This document shows, piece after piece, positions 28,707-39,831 of a DNA stretch of 64,000 nucleotides. The stretch is from a virus. The position numbers and the translations under genes were made by a program. The notes under the pieces are model-generated. The model made no database searches. It was not told where the DNA came from and saw nothing but the letters and a program-made list of their open reading frames with translations. The stretch is taken from positions 1-64,000 of IMG/VR virus record IMGVR_UViG_3300031576_000012. The stretch is one strand, 5' to 3'. Positions within the stretch are counted from its first letter, which is position 1. Every line of letters begins with the position of its first letter.

Positions 28707-29054
28707 TTATACTTCATAGTTTACTTTACCTAGATTAACTAATTGATCATCGAAGGCTAGGTCTACCAGCTCTGATCCTTTTTCTACTACCCTGACTAAG
28801 CCTTCAAAGCCTAGTTTTCTTGAGAACCGTTCAGCGTAACTTACGCCTCCACCACTCCATATTACCACATCCATACCATCTTCTACAAATCTTTTTAACA
28901 GCATAACGTTCTTATAGATCGGTCTTTCTTCATGGTCTATAAGAGTTGAGTCTACATCAAAAGCTATAGTAAGTCTAGTCCTATGACCTCTGTTACTATC
29001 TGTTGTACCTATAAGCTCTAATAAAGAGCTGTATGGCTTTTTAATGGAACTCAC
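28707..29054 (-). CDS. HAD-family phosphatase (minimal)
   Basis: IAFDVDSTL, VIWSGGG, K, AFDD. Confidence 0.8.
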   Translation of the reverse strand: MSSIKKPYSSLLELIGTTDSNRGHRTRLTIAFDVDSTLIDHEERPIYKNVMLLKRFVEDGMDVVIWSGGGVSYAERFSRKLGFEGLVRVVEKGSELVDLAFDDQLVNLGKVNYEV

Positions 29055-30177
29055 TCTGATCTCCTAGTAAGTAAGCGTCTGATACTAATTTTAACACTTT
29101 CCTACCCATGTATGTCAAGCTTTCTTTTATAGGTTTAACAACTATTCCTTCTCTAATCTTTTGAATTGGGGCTAGTACTGAATCTCCATCTACTAACTTC
29201 TTGATTTCATTCAAATTAAACGGGCCTCTGTAAACTACTGGAACTGTTGGGATTATCCTTTGTAAGCAAGTGGCTTGAAAATCAGGAGCGTCTAAATACT
29301 TACCATCTTTCATGATGTCAAAGGCTACAAATTTCTGTTCTCCAGGGTTACAGCCATAGGTATAGCCCTTTTGAATACCTTCTCCGTAGATCTCCCCGTA
29401 AATAACTTCTCCTTCTTGAAGAATAGTCTGGAGGTTATACTTCTTTACTGTTTCCGCGTACACATTAGAATCATAGTATCCATCATAGAATACTTTGTTT
29501 TGAAGTTGCACATTATGTGAGCCATATACAAACTCAAACTTGGGGGCAAATCCAAAAAACTTCTTAATCTTTTTTATGATAGTATCCGCGTTAAAAGGAA
29601 CATACCCACAACGAAAGTTAGATCCATGAATCTTCTCTGTTACTGCTACTAGTTCCCCTTCTTCAAATAAACTTGGGTAGTTCTTAGCATTTTCAATGTC
29701 AGTGTACTTATGGAAATGGGGGTTTATCTGTTTTTTTCTAACTTGAACTCGTGTGTTACCAAACCCAGAGGGGAGGTTAACAGGAGGTTCATATTTCTTT
29801 ATACCCAAATCTTTTGTTAGGTCATCTCCTAGACTAGCATCTGATACTCCTACAGTCTCAGGATGTACAATCAATCCTTGAGAAATAGCACCCCTAAGCT
29901 TAATCGTTTTTACTCGTGAATGATGCAGCTTTATTTTGGAGTCAGGGCCAAAGATCTTAGCCTCAACTTCTTGAGGAAGAAGAGAATCAATAGGAAAGTA
30001 AACAACTTTGTCGCCTACCTTAAATTGATTAAGTCCAGCTATTACATTCCATCCTAGTACTTTGTAAATGGATAATTTATCAGCATTAGGATGTTTGCTG
30101 GATTCTAAAATTTCAACTATTTCTACCTTTAATGTACTCATAAACTCCAAAGACTCCCAAAAAAAGTGTCGCTCCAA
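29041..30177 (-). CDS. Rnl2-family RNA ligase with N-terminal tRNA-binding OB fold
   Basis: HPNADKL, TEKIHGSN, IYGEIYG, FDI, REGIVVK, LKLVS; likely start MSTLKV at 30141. Confidence 0.92.
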   Translation of the reverse strand: MERHFFWESLEFMSTLKVEIVEILESSKHPNADKLSIYKVLGWNVIAGLNQFKVGDKVVYFPIDSLLPQEVEAKIFGPDSKIKLHHSRVKTIKLRGAISQGLIVHPETVGVSDASLGDDLTKDLGIKKYEPPVNLPSGFGNTRVQVRKKQINPHFHKYTDIENAKNYPSLFEEGELVAVTEKIHGSNFRCGYVPFNADTIIKKIKKFFGFAPKFEFVYGSHNVQLQNKVFYDGYYDSNVYAETVKKYNLQTILQEGEVIYGEIYGEGIQKGYTYGCNPGEQKFVAFDIMKDGKYLDAPDFQATCLQRIIPTVPVVYRGPFNLNEIKKLVDGDSVLAPIQKIREGIVVKPIKESLTYMGRKVLKLVSDAYLLGDQSEFH

Positions 30178-30645
30178 AGTTTATCTGAATGGATTATGCT
30201 TCCTTCATCAGATAAATGGAAATGAGGGTATTGAATATTTTCAATAGCCGAACCACATATTAAACATTTTCTATCCCCATCTTTAGTAAAGAAGGGTTCT
30301 TTTTCATCTACAATATTAACTGGCATTTTTATCTCCGCTGTTTATAGGTATAATCTCAGCTAACTTTTCCTTTATGGGGGTTAAAGTAATCTTAGTGCCT
30401 TCAGGAAACAGAAAAATCTTGTACTTTCCTGAGTCCTTTTCCTTACCCCACACAAAGGGCCTATCCAAAGTTTGACCAAAGGCAATGGCTTCCTCTTCAG
30501 TATCAAACTCTTTCTTTGCTACCGCCTTATCCATAGGGAACCGTAGTACGTTGTCTTCCATGTTAGTCTTTCCTTCCTTTAACTATTGTATCAATAATCG
30601 CATGAATTGTCACGCAAACAATTAAAGTAATTAGAACGGCTGTCA

Positions 30646-31386
30646 TCAATCCCACCATGCAAAGAAATTTTCTTCAATGATATTAAGGGCTTTCTTCCAT
30701 TCCTTTTTACGCTTCTTATCTGCCTTAAGATAGGCTCTACGTTCAGCTTTATGTACTTTTTTATAGTTTTCAGGAGTTTCCTTTTCCCTTTTGTTAAAGG
30801 AGATAGATCCTGTGTGTCGGTTCTTAAACGGGCCTTTATCTTTGTTAGCAAAGCCCCATACGCCTCTTGTAGATGCTTCATACCTAATGCTATCACCATA
30901 TTTTGCTGTTACTTCCTTTTCAAATTCCTCATGATAGTCATCTTCCATTACTCGGTTGATTAAACGAATTACTTCTTTAATCTTCTTAGCTTGTTCTAGG
31001 TCTCCTACATGTCTATCATTATCATTCATTACCTTAGCTAGACGCTCAAGCTTCCACAGGAAGATATACATAGCATATGCAGAGTCAAAGTCGTAAGCTT
31101 CATAGCCTTGTTTGAAATAAGCTAGGCCACTCCCCACTTGCTGTCTAAAGTGACGGAAAGTTACTCTACGCAGAAATCTATCCCACTCGTATTCAAGAGC
31201 TTCTTTAACTGAAAACATTTCAAGATCATCAAAGATATCGAAGTGCTTAAAAAATCTCATATTCGAAAGTTTTCCAGCAATCTTTTGAATTCTGGTTTGC
31301 TTATCTTCTTCCCCGTCCATTTTACCGGCTAACTTGGCTGCTCGTTTACCAGAGCGAGTACCCATATTAATCATTTTACTTAACAT
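30646..31386 (-). CDS. hypothetical protein
   Basis: 246 aa ORF ending AWWD. Confidence 0.7.
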   Translation of the reverse strand: MLSKMINMGTRSGKRAAKLAGKMDGEEDKQTRIQKIAGKLSNMRFFKHFDIFDDLEMFSVKEALEYEWDRFLRRVTFRHFRQQVGSGLAYFKQGYEAYDFDSAYAMYIFLWKLERLAKVMNDNDRHVGDLEQAKKIKEVIRLINRVMEDDYHEEFEKEVTAKYGDSIRYEASTRGVWGFANKDKGPFKNRHTGSISFNKREKETPENYKKVHKAERRAYLKADKKRKKEWKKALNIIEENFFAWWD

Positions 31387-31906
31387 TGTTTCTCCTTAAA
31401 ACTTTTATTTTTTTAATAATTAATCCTAATTGTAACATTTCTTTATAGTTAAATTTAGTACTTCTAGTATAATTACATAGGCCACAACAAGAAGTAACAT
31501 TATTTAGTAAATACCCTTTATTATTATTTATTCTGTCTAACCCTATTCCTGTTTTATCTAACTCACTAAAACAATAAGTACATTTTTTAGAGATTAATGC
31601 TTTGTATTTATTATAAGTAATATCCCATTTAAGTCCTCGCCTCTTTGCATTATCTCTAGAATGCCAAAATCTTCTTTTTGGAGTTTTTCTTATTTCTTTT
31701 GATCTTTCTCTCCATCTTGCTTTCATTTTCTCTGGATTCTCTAAACAATTCTTTTTATAAGATCTAGACGTTTGCTCGAGTTTACACTTTTTACAATAAT
31801 AATCACAACCGTCTGATTGACTCTTGTTTTTATAAAAGCTATCAATATTCTTTTTTTCTTTGCAATAAGAACAAATCTTATGTTTTCCAAATTTTATAAG
31901 CAACAT
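31376..31906 (-). CDS. HNH endonuclease
   Basis: CTYC...GLDRINNNKGYLLNNVTSCCGLCN plus N-terminal Zn finger. Confidence 0.88.
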   Translation of the reverse strand: MLLIKFGKHKICSYCKEKKNIDSFYKNKSQSDGCDYYCKKCKLEQTSRSYKKNCLENPEKMKARWRERSKEIRKTPKRRFWHSRDNAKRRGLKWDITYNKYKALISKKCTYCFSELDKTGIGLDRINNNKGYLLNNVTSCCGLCNYTRSTKFNYKEMLQLGLIIKKIKVLRRNNVK

Positions 31907-32333
31907 CTATAAAAAGCTCTCCATTTAAATGCCCAATCTCATGTTGTACAATCTTTGCTTCATCCTCTAAAGCAATAGCACGTTTTTCTTCCCCTTCTAT
32001 GTTGTGATACTTGATCTGAATTTCTAAGTTGCGTTTAACAACCCCTGATCTTCCAGGTACAGATAAGCATCCTTCTAAACTATCTCCTTCTTCCCCTCTC
32101 ATATCTTCAATAGTGGGGTTAATCATTACATATAATGATTTTTTGGGAGCCTGTACAATAATAACCCTTTTTGTAACTCCTATTTGAGGAGCAGCTATAC
32201 CAACTCCTCCTAAAGCTTTCATGGTATCCATAAGGTCTCTTACAAGCTTCTTCAAAGTGTCATCAAATTTGGTAACACTTGTAGACTTGGCTTTTAAAGC
32301 CTTATTGGGTGTTTTTAGAACACTACGTACCAT
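31878..32333 (-). CDS. def: peptide deformylase
   Basis: GVGIAAPQIG, EGCLSVP, QHEIGHLNG. Confidence 0.95.
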   Translation of the reverse strand: MVRSVLKTPNKALKAKSTSVTKFDDTLKKLVRDLMDTMKALGGVGIAAPQIGVTKRVIIVQAPKKSLYVMINPTIEDMRGEEGDSLEGCLSVPGRSGVVKRNLEIQIKYHNIEGEEKRAIALEDEAKIVQHEIGHLNGELFIDVAYKIWKT

Positions 32334-32585
32334 AATGTTTTGTTACTCCCTCTCTCAATTCTTCTTGGTCTTGCGGGAATAATTCTACATTAGTTAGACC
32401 TAAACTGTCAATAAATTGTTTTGCTACCCTTTGGTCACACTTTTTGTCTACAGGGCTAGACGAACTATAATCAAAATTCTTATCGTTACGTTCAAAGGTA
32501 TATACTTTAAGATCAATTCCATTGTCTTCCTCAAGTATGTACCCATTTTTCGTTACAGTAACTTTAACTGATTGCGGCCTCATCA

Positions 32586-33179
32586 TTACATTACCCCTTT
32601 GTACACATCAAGTCTGTCTGTTTTCAGTGTGAAAACTTCATTTTTCTCTTGATTAGGTTCAGTATCTACAACACTCCAATTTTCTTGGGTGAGTAAGATA
32701 AACAGTTTATTGTTTTCTGCTGACTTATAGACCATATTAAATAGTCTATTACAATTTTGCTGAAGATAAGCAGAGAAATCCTTTCTAACTTTAACTGGCC
32801 ATAGCTTTGGAATTTCTAATTCAACTGTAACCTTATCTGGAATAGCAATTCCAATTCTATCATAAATCCCTGATTCTTTCTTACTAATCTTATTGAATCT
32901 ACGAACCTCTGAACTAACAGGGATATACATCTTTGTTAATAGCCACATCGGGTAATCCTCTGAATGAGGAAACGAAGGGGTATTAATCTGATCCTTTTCA
33001 AACTGCATAGTAGTGTTTATCTTGTATTTCTTAAACACTCTTATCTGTATATACTTAGCATTTGGGCTTTCTACAATCTTCTTTTTTACTGTAAGTTGTA
33101 GTGCTACAGGGTCAGGTGGAATCCATGTTTCTTTTTTCTTATTTTCCATTTGATTTCTTCTTTCCGTTTTCCCCGTCAA
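32586..33179 (-). CDS. hypothetical protein
   Basis: 197 aa ORF. Confidence 0.65.
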   Translation of the reverse strand: MTGKTERRNQMENKKKETWIPPDPVALQLTVKKKIVESPNAKYIQIRVFKKYKINTTMQFEKDQINTPSFPHSEDYPMWLLTKMYIPVSSEVRRFNKISKKESGIYDRIGIAIPDKVTVELEIPKLWPVKVRKDFSAYLQQNCNRLFNMVYKSAENNKLFILLTQENWSVVDTEPNQEKNEVFTLKTDRLDVYKGVM

Positions 33180-33426
33180 TAAAAGCTTCTAGGGCTTTCA
33201 TCATTGGTTTAGACATTTCAAAATACTCTATGGTTGTTTTCCCACCATGACTATGCAACTCTTCAACGTTCGATATACTATCAAATATGGTAGTAGAGGT
33301 TACTTCGGTTCTCCATACCAAGGCTACTTTTCCATTGGGCCAGATTACTCCGATTGCAACAGAAGGCCCAGTGCCACTGTTACCGTGTACATCTTCATGA
33401 CGGTGTAATCTGAATATTTTAATCAC
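33139..33426 (-). CDS. conserved phage hypothetical protein
   Basis: FRLHRHEDVHGNSGTG...VALVW...HSHGGKT. Confidence 0.75.
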   Translation of the reverse strand: MIKIFRLHRHEDVHGNSGTGPSVAIGVIWPNGKVALVWRTEVTSTTIFDSISNVEELHSHGGKTTIEYFEMSKPMMKALEAFIDGENGKKKSNGK

Positions 33427-34139
33427 TTCTTTAACCCTTCTACTAAGGCTTGTATTTTTCCTTTAAGGTGGCCACTATATTGCCAGCTACCTAAAGCCCC
33501 TGCTGCCATTAGTAAACCAAAGAGAGCAAATGGAGTTACTCGTCCTATCATAACATGAATCAAAGCTACATTCAAAGCTTGACCCAAAAAGATACCCGAC
33601 ACATAGAACCAGTATCTCTCTTTAAAAGAAAGAACATAAATCTCTGTCTGTTGTTCTTCAGTTAACTGTGTCATCTGATTCCTCTGGTATTAATCTTACT
33701 ATATTAAACAGTGCTTTGTCAAGGTTTTCTAAGTAAGGTCTTAAAGCATCAATACACCCTTCTGCATCATAAAACCTAGAATTAGGTTGTTCTCTGCTAA
33801 TACGTACCGCTGCTCCAAGGGCCTTACCCATCTCCTTATTAATTTGCGCTATAAGTAATTGAATTTCTTTACTTTTCGCCATTTGTTGCCTCTTTCACTG
33901 GTTCTTTTAGAGAGTAAATAGCAGAGTTTAAGGACTGAATACTATTGTTGATTTCGTTTAGTTTTGTTTTTAGATCATTCACAGCATACTCTATATTCAT
34001 GAAAGGTTGGTTATAAGAGCTATTATAGCCTGAATCCAAATCACCCTCATTCTGCGCTCTTAGCGCCCTATAGACCCCTTTAGCTACTGCTTTAGTTAAC
34101 TCTCTTAGATAGTCATGTAATTCTTGATCGTCTGACACT

Positions 34140-34772
34140 TTAAACCTCTATTACAATGGGCTTGTAGACCCTTCTATAATCATCATCAAGTTGTGAAGCA
34201 TTAACAAACTTAGTTCCATCTCTCTCTAATACACCATGAGCTGAATGTATATGCCCAAAAATATGCACAAGGGGTTTAACCCTCTTTACATGATTTAACA
34301 AGTCTTTACAACCTACAGGTTCTCCAGTCATTGGAGTCTTGTCTAAGATCCCATAAGGTGGACCATGAGTAATAAGTACGTCAAGATTAGCAGGAATCTT
34401 TTCCCAATGCTCATTAAGCTTTTCTCCACGCGGGGCATTAAAAGCCCAATCACAAAATTCTGGCTGATAGGGAGAGCCAAAAAAGGTGAGACCTTCTACA
34501 TTAGCCTCTTCTTCATTAAGGTAGATGATACCAGCATCTTTGCACATCTCTCTAGCTAAAGCTGGCTGTCGTTCAAATAGCCAATCATGATTTCCTGCCA
34601 CTAGAATTTTATTTTTATGAGGTAGAGCTTTAAACCATTCAAGGAATGCCCCTACCTCTCGTATTGTTCCTGACCCTGTAAAATCTCCTGGATGTACAAG
34701 GATATCCCCATCTGGTACCACAATCCCTTTATGTTGATTATGAGTATCGCTAATTGCTACTATTTTAGTCAT
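34140..34772 (-). CDS. metallophosphoesterase (MPPED/239FB-like)
   Basis: ISDTH, HPGD, AGNHD, ITHGPP, FGHIH. Confidence 0.92.
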   Translation of the reverse strand: MTKIVAISDTHNQHKGIVVPDGDILVHPGDFTGSGTIREVGAFLEWFKALPHKNKILVAGNHDWLFERQPALAREMCKDAGIIYLNEEEANVEGLTFFGSPYQPEFCDWAFNAPRGEKLNEHWEKIPANLDVLITHGPPYGILDKTPMTGEPVGCKDLLNHVKRVKPLVHIFGHIHSAHGVLERDGTKFVNASQLDDDYRRVYKPIVIEV

Positions 34773-36165
34773 TAACTAATTCCACCTTTTGCACATATAA
34801 GGCTAATGCTTCTTCAAGTGTCTTACCAAGCTTTTGTGCTTGTTCTAGGGTAATTTTAACCGGCCTTACGCCTGTTTCTTTACGGTGGTCTGGTACTTCG
34901 ATAACAACTTGTGTGTCGTTAACTTCAACTACTTTTCCCAAACTATGCTTTGCAGCTACGAAATCTCCAATTTTTAACATATTTACCTCAGTGTAACAAT
35001 ATCTATTCTTGTAATTAACTCATCCTTTTGTAAGGATATTACTTGACGTTTTGTATGAGCGCCCACTTTAATCTCAGGGTAGCTTATGTTTATAGTCCTC
35101 TTGGTTGTAGTATACACAATAACATTTTGGTCAAGATGAACAATACCATGACCAATAATCTTTCCTGCACGAATCTTGTGCTGACTAATCTCCCCTGTTT
35201 GTGTCATATAAAATGTTTTCATTTAAAATTTACCGCTCCTAAACTCACCTTCAAAGTCATCACATATACTTTTAAGTCTTTCATAGTCATCTTTAAGAGC
35301 TTCCCAACCTTCTATCTCTGCTTCTAACTTAGATATTTTTTCTTCTAGCTCATCCATTGTTTTAAACTGACCAGCTATAGTCTCTTCAGCTTCTTCTAAA
35401 TCTAACTGAAGTTGCTCAATTAAAGCACTCTTTTCATCACTGCTTAGGTAGTCCATTGGTTTCTTGCTTCTTTACTTGAGGTTTTCTACCATAAATAAGA
35501 TCAAGGGTTTTACGAAGCCTCTTATGTTTAATCAAATCGTTGTGGAATTTACAAATGAATCTGTACCCGTCCCAATCTATTTCGTATCTTCCATTGGGCA
35601 ATCTAGTGCTTCCTCTTTGTATACGAACAGAGTACACTTCTCGTTTCTCTACAGACATATGATTTTTACATTTGTGAAAACTACACTTTATCATTTCATC
35701 CTCTTTAGTAACTCTTTAACTTCTTGAGCTGCAAGTTTAACAAATTCTCTCTGCTTATCCGTAACAACCGTTATATTATACACCTTTATTAATGAACTTT
35801 CAATAACTTTTTCAATCTCTCTTACAGTTTGTTTGTTCATACATTAAGTATAATCCATCCATGAACCTGTGTCAAGTTGTCTATTGTTCAAGAATTCCGC
35901 ATACTTAACCCTATATTGCATAGACAAAGGGGTATTCAAAGTGAAGTCAGGGGTACTACTATATCTTGAGGTAGTAACAGACTCAAAGGTCTCCATAGTG
36001 AGCATAAAAGTCTCATCTTGGGGTACATTTGTCACCTTATTTTCTAGGAACTTAAACTTAATCATAGCTCTACTTTTCCCAATGGTTAAAGCGTCCAGCT
36101 CGACAAATACGTCTTCAATAACTGCTGTTCGACCATCTTTTACGTCATACACCGTTCCTATTAGC

Positions 36166-36690
36166 CTATTCTTCATCATTGTTTTCTCCCTTTCTTTCCA
36201 TTTTAAACTTTATTGTATCAGCAAGATGTATTTGAAGTCTACCTTCTTTTAAGGATCTAAGCACTGTCCTAATAGGGGTAGAACCTTTTTTTAGTTTCAT
36301 TTTACAAGGGTAACATACAGTATAAGGTACTAATTCAATTTGAGCATAAAGATGTATAGCTCCATCATTAAAGAACGAATGGTTTAGTTCATCAGCGGTT
36401 ACTTCCAAGTAAAAAGTACATTTACAAGGATCTTTGTTAATATATTGGTTATCATAAGCAGGGTTAAATTCATATACATTCTTAGATAACTCTTGAATAA
36501 ACTGATTCCTTTTGGCTTCAATGAAAGATTCAGCCGAATCCATTTCATTATGAAGTCTGTCTATCATGCTCTCCATGTTCTCATATCTAATTCTTTCAAT
36601 CCTTGTCCTCTTTTTAGAGGTTAAAGTAAACCACAAAGACTTAAAGAAGACAACAATTTGTTCTAAAAGATTTCTATAAGCCATAGACAT
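36166..36690 (-). CDS. hypothetical protein
   Basis: 174 aa ORF. Confidence 0.65.
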   Translation of the reverse strand: MSMAYRNLLEQIVVFFKSLWFTLTSKKRTRIERIRYENMESMIDRLHNEMDSAESFIEAKRNQFIQELSKNVYEFNPAYDNQYINKDPCKCTFYLEVTADELNHSFFNDGAIHLYAQIELVPYTVCYPCKMKLKKGSTPIRTVLRSLKEGRLQIHLADTIKFKMERKGENNDEE

Positions 36691-37050
36691 AACTTTATTC
36701 TAAGGGTATTAATAACAGTAAGAATTTTAGAACTAGTTTTCCTTCTACTTTTCAACAGAGTGGTAAGACCCTGTACATGGTTTAACAAAACAAAAAATCG
36801 TGCTTTTAACAGAACAGATTTAGTTCCATTAACAACAGGTGATTCTTCAACTCTAAGAAGACTGTGTTTCAAGTTTGCTTCTTTTCTCATAGTTTTTATT
36901 GGCTTTCTTGTACCCTAACGTTCTAACTTCAAGGTCGTATAACACTGCGTCTTCCGAACACTTCTGAGAACAAAACACGTCATTACTTTGAGACGGTTTC
37001 TTGTTGCACTGAATACAATAGCTAATATGTTCTTCGTTCATATGCCCTCC

Positions 37051-37078
37051 ATTATACCAAAGGATAAGCTAATGTCAA
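37051..37078 (-). promoter_or_regulatory. sigma70-type promoter
   Basis: TTGACA-N16-TATAAT in an intergenic gap, followed by GGAGGG SD. Confidence 0.7.
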
Positions 37079-37085
37079 CATGAAA

Positions 37086-37553
37086 CTAGCCCCCTCCAAA
37101 TATCTTTTTACGATCAACACCTGCCCTAAGTAGGCGACTTCTAATCTTAAACTTACGCTCCTCATTACCTTGAATATAATCACACGTCATATCTCTACCC
37201 ATTTCTTGGTAGTAGTCCCAGAACCTATTAGCTTTAGTGGATGCAAATAGTTCTGCTTTAGCTCCGAATCTCTTTTTGGTCTCTTCAATATCAAAAATTA
37301 TACTTCTAATATTCTTGCTGGTACATACAATGCCTGACTCTGTTTCTGTTAAGGGTGACTGGCAGTACGGACATTTTCCTTTTATTGCTTCATATAAGTT
37401 GCTGTTGCTTTTTTTCCTTTCTCCAATAGCGGGTAAAAGAAAGTTAAACTTAAGGTTTACTCCTTTTTCCATACGGAACTTAATCAATCGCTTTAGGATT
37501 TTCCTAGCCTGAGCGATTGTTTTATTCCTTAAGTCTATCGTTCTTACTTTCAT
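37086..37553 (-). CDS. zinc-ribbon-containing basic protein
   Basis: CPYC...C...CDY. Confidence 0.6.
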   Translation of the reverse strand: MKVRTIDLRNKTIAQARKILKRLIKFRMEKGVNLKFNFLLPAIGERKKSNSNLYEAIKGKCPYCQSPLTETESGIVCTSKNIRSIIFDIEETKKRFGAKAELFASTKANRFWDYYQEMGRDMTCDYIQGNEERKFKIRSRLLRAGVDRKKIFGGG

Positions 37554-38205
37554 TTAGCACCTTCCGCATTACTTCTATCTGCTTTTGTAAAGTCTGCATC
37601 TCTTCCATAAGAAGCTTACGTTGCCATTCACTGAGGAATTGAACATGCTCAAGTTCATAACAAATTCTCTGAATCCTCTCTAGTAACGCTTTGTCTATTG
37701 TATAGACTAAGCTCCCCTTCACACATGGGATGGGTTAGTAACTTCTCTCTGTTTAATGTGTGCATCATATCTGCAATTTGTTCTTTTGTTTTCCCTTCTG
37801 GAAACTCCAATATTTTTTCTATTCCACATTTTTCACAATGAATGATAGTTTTCATTATTCATTATTCTGAAATCTCTAATAACACAGCTTGTCTGTCTTC
37901 TACCGTTGTGTACTTCAGAATACCTCCGAAGAATGCTAGACCCAAAGGAGAATTAGAACTCTTGCCATATCTAGTTTCAGGTGAAGGGCTAGTTGTAAAC
38001 GCCATAACCTCTTTCACACTTTTGTTCTCAGATATCATCTGTAAAACAGCATCTTTAAATATAGCAAGCTGTTCTTGTTTAGGGTTTCTAAACTTAACAG
38101 ATGTGCCAAAGGGGGAAGTAGCAGGAGCAACACTGTTAGTACCTGGAGAAGTACTGTCAATCTTTACTGGCTTCCCATCTGGGGTCTTGAATCCACCTAG
38201 TAGTT

Positions 38206-39627
38206 TCATTTCTCTTCCTTCTTTATCTTTACTATCTTACCAAATTTTACAGCATTTGCAAAGTCTTTTTCTGCATACCCATTCTGTGTTAGTACCCACA
38301 TGACCCCGTATTTTGGCTTAGGAAGGTTAAAGCTAAACCAACCATCTGTTAGTATTACCAAGGCATCAAAGTCGTGCTTATTGGCATATTTGATCCATTC
38401 TGAGGCATCTGTACCGCCTCTCCCTGACACCTTAAAGTCTTTAGGGAGCATCTTCTTCTTCATTTTGTAGTGCTCATGGGTCTGAGTGTCCCCAACCATA
38501 ATCTCTATTTTAGCAAGCTTGGTGTTCCATATCCTATTGATTTCACCACCAAATAGTTTTAAATCAGCCTCACTTATAGACCCTGATGAGTCTACATAGA
38601 TACCTAGTTTAAGCCTTGGGTCAGTCTTTTGCCCTTGATAGGTAATTCCAAACCTTCTTGACCTACGTTTTCTGGTATTTATCCTAAAGATTTCTGTAGC
38701 ACGTTCCATGAACGACCGTAACCTTTGTTTCCAGTTAATTTCTGTCGTAAGGAACTTAAGTATCTCTTCCTGCATATTACCAGGAAGATTACCGAATGAC
38801 TCAGGGGCTTTCTCTTTAGCCTCTCTAATCATCCGTTTTAGCTCTTCATCTAGGATGCCTTGAGTATTCCCTTGTACAGAATCCCATTCATCATGGCTAC
38901 CTGCACCAAAATCAAATCTAACTTTTCCGCTCTTAATGTCTTCTTTTAGTTGCTCTTGCTCTTCAGGTGTGAGATTTGTTTCCCCCGTCTCAGGATTAAT
39001 GTATACAGTCTTGCGTTGAAACTTCTTTAGTAGGTCTTTATTCTCAGTGATAGATTTATAATAGAATTCAGCTGTACGTTTTTCGGGTAAGCCGTAATCT
39101 TGTGGCAATAAGCATGAACAGCATTTACCATCTTTATCTGCTTTAGGTAGTTGCTTCTCTGCTTCTTCTTCTGTCATCCCATGTTGTTTTATAAGCTTCT
39201 CTTTCATTGCTGCTTTATCAAACCTGGGTAGGTTAGCGATATAACAATTGATTGCCATATCAGCCGCTACATTCCACAAATGAGGATCAAGGGATTTACC
39301 CCTAGTCAAATGGTCATTTAGTAAATGGTACACCTCATGGGTTGCAACTGCCTTAGCTTCATCAGAAGACAGAGATGAATAAAAGAATGGGTTTACTAAA
39401 AGAAAGTATCTTGAATCAATTGCACACACTGCTGCTGTTGGAATATCTACAGACATTCTTCGATTCAGCATTTGAATTAGATGCCCAACAAATGCATGAG
39501 ACCGTAAGAGGGTATGGATAGCAGAACTCAGAAGCAAATTAGTATGGTCGATTGCTTCTTTAGTCTCCTCTTCGATCTTTTTGATCTCTTCAGGAGTAAA
39601 CTGTGGTATTACAGGATTACTTGCCAT
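38206..39627 (-). CDS. DUF2201-type metallopeptidase-VWA protein
   Basis: IPTAAV, THEVYH, WNVAADMAIN, INWK..LR, MIDAS VDSSGS, GRGGTD, ILTDG. Confidence 0.9.
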   Translation of the reverse strand: MASNPVIPQFTPEEIKKIEEETKEAIDHTNLLLSSAIHTLLRSHAFVGHLIQMLNRRMSVDIPTAAVCAIDSRYFLLVNPFFYSSLSSDEAKAVATHEVYHLLNDHLTRGKSLDPHLWNVAADMAINCYIANLPRFDKAAMKEKLIKQHGMTEEEAEKQLPKADKDGKCCSCLLPQDYGLPEKRTAEFYYKSITENKDLLKKFQRKTVYINPETGETNLTPEEQEQLKEDIKSGKVRFDFGAGSHDEWDSVQGNTQGILDEELKRMIREAKEKAPESFGNLPGNMQEEILKFLTTEINWKQRLRSFMERATEIFRINTRKRRSRRFGITYQGQKTDPRLKLGIYVDSSGSISEADLKLFGGEINRIWNTKLAKIEIMVGDTQTHEHYKMKKKMLPKDFKVSGRGGTDASEWIKYANKHDFDALVILTDGWFSFNLPKPKYGVMWVLTQNGYAEKDFANAVKFGKIVKIKKEEK

Positions 39628-39831
39628 CTCTCAAATCTCCAGAATAGGTAACTAACTTGTTCGGTCTGATAGGATCATCTGGAAGTATAGTTAAGTTCCC
39701 CTTTCTTAAGATTCTTGATATGGTCATCCATCCTGCTACTGATGCCTCTTCAATTGTTAAGCCTCTAAGATCAGCAGTAGGGAAAGTCTCTACAACAACT
39801 TGCTTAAACACTAGGCTAAAGTCTTCATTAG

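Noticed and set aside
105-31906. Group I introns or inteins around the five HNH/EndoVII genes
   Set aside because: Neighbouring genes (phoH, exonuclease, thyX, def) appear complete and the nucleases mostly overlap adjacent ORFs, so they look free-standing; polA, nrdJ and terL have no intein-sized insertions
31878-32333. Inactive deformylase because of HEIGH instead of HExDH
   Set aside because: Metal ligands (Cys, two His) and the catalytic Glu are retained
37842-38303. 153-aa plus-strand ORF (and similar antisense ORFs in the track)
   Set aside because: Fully overlaps coupled minus-strand genes; no SD or recognisable motif
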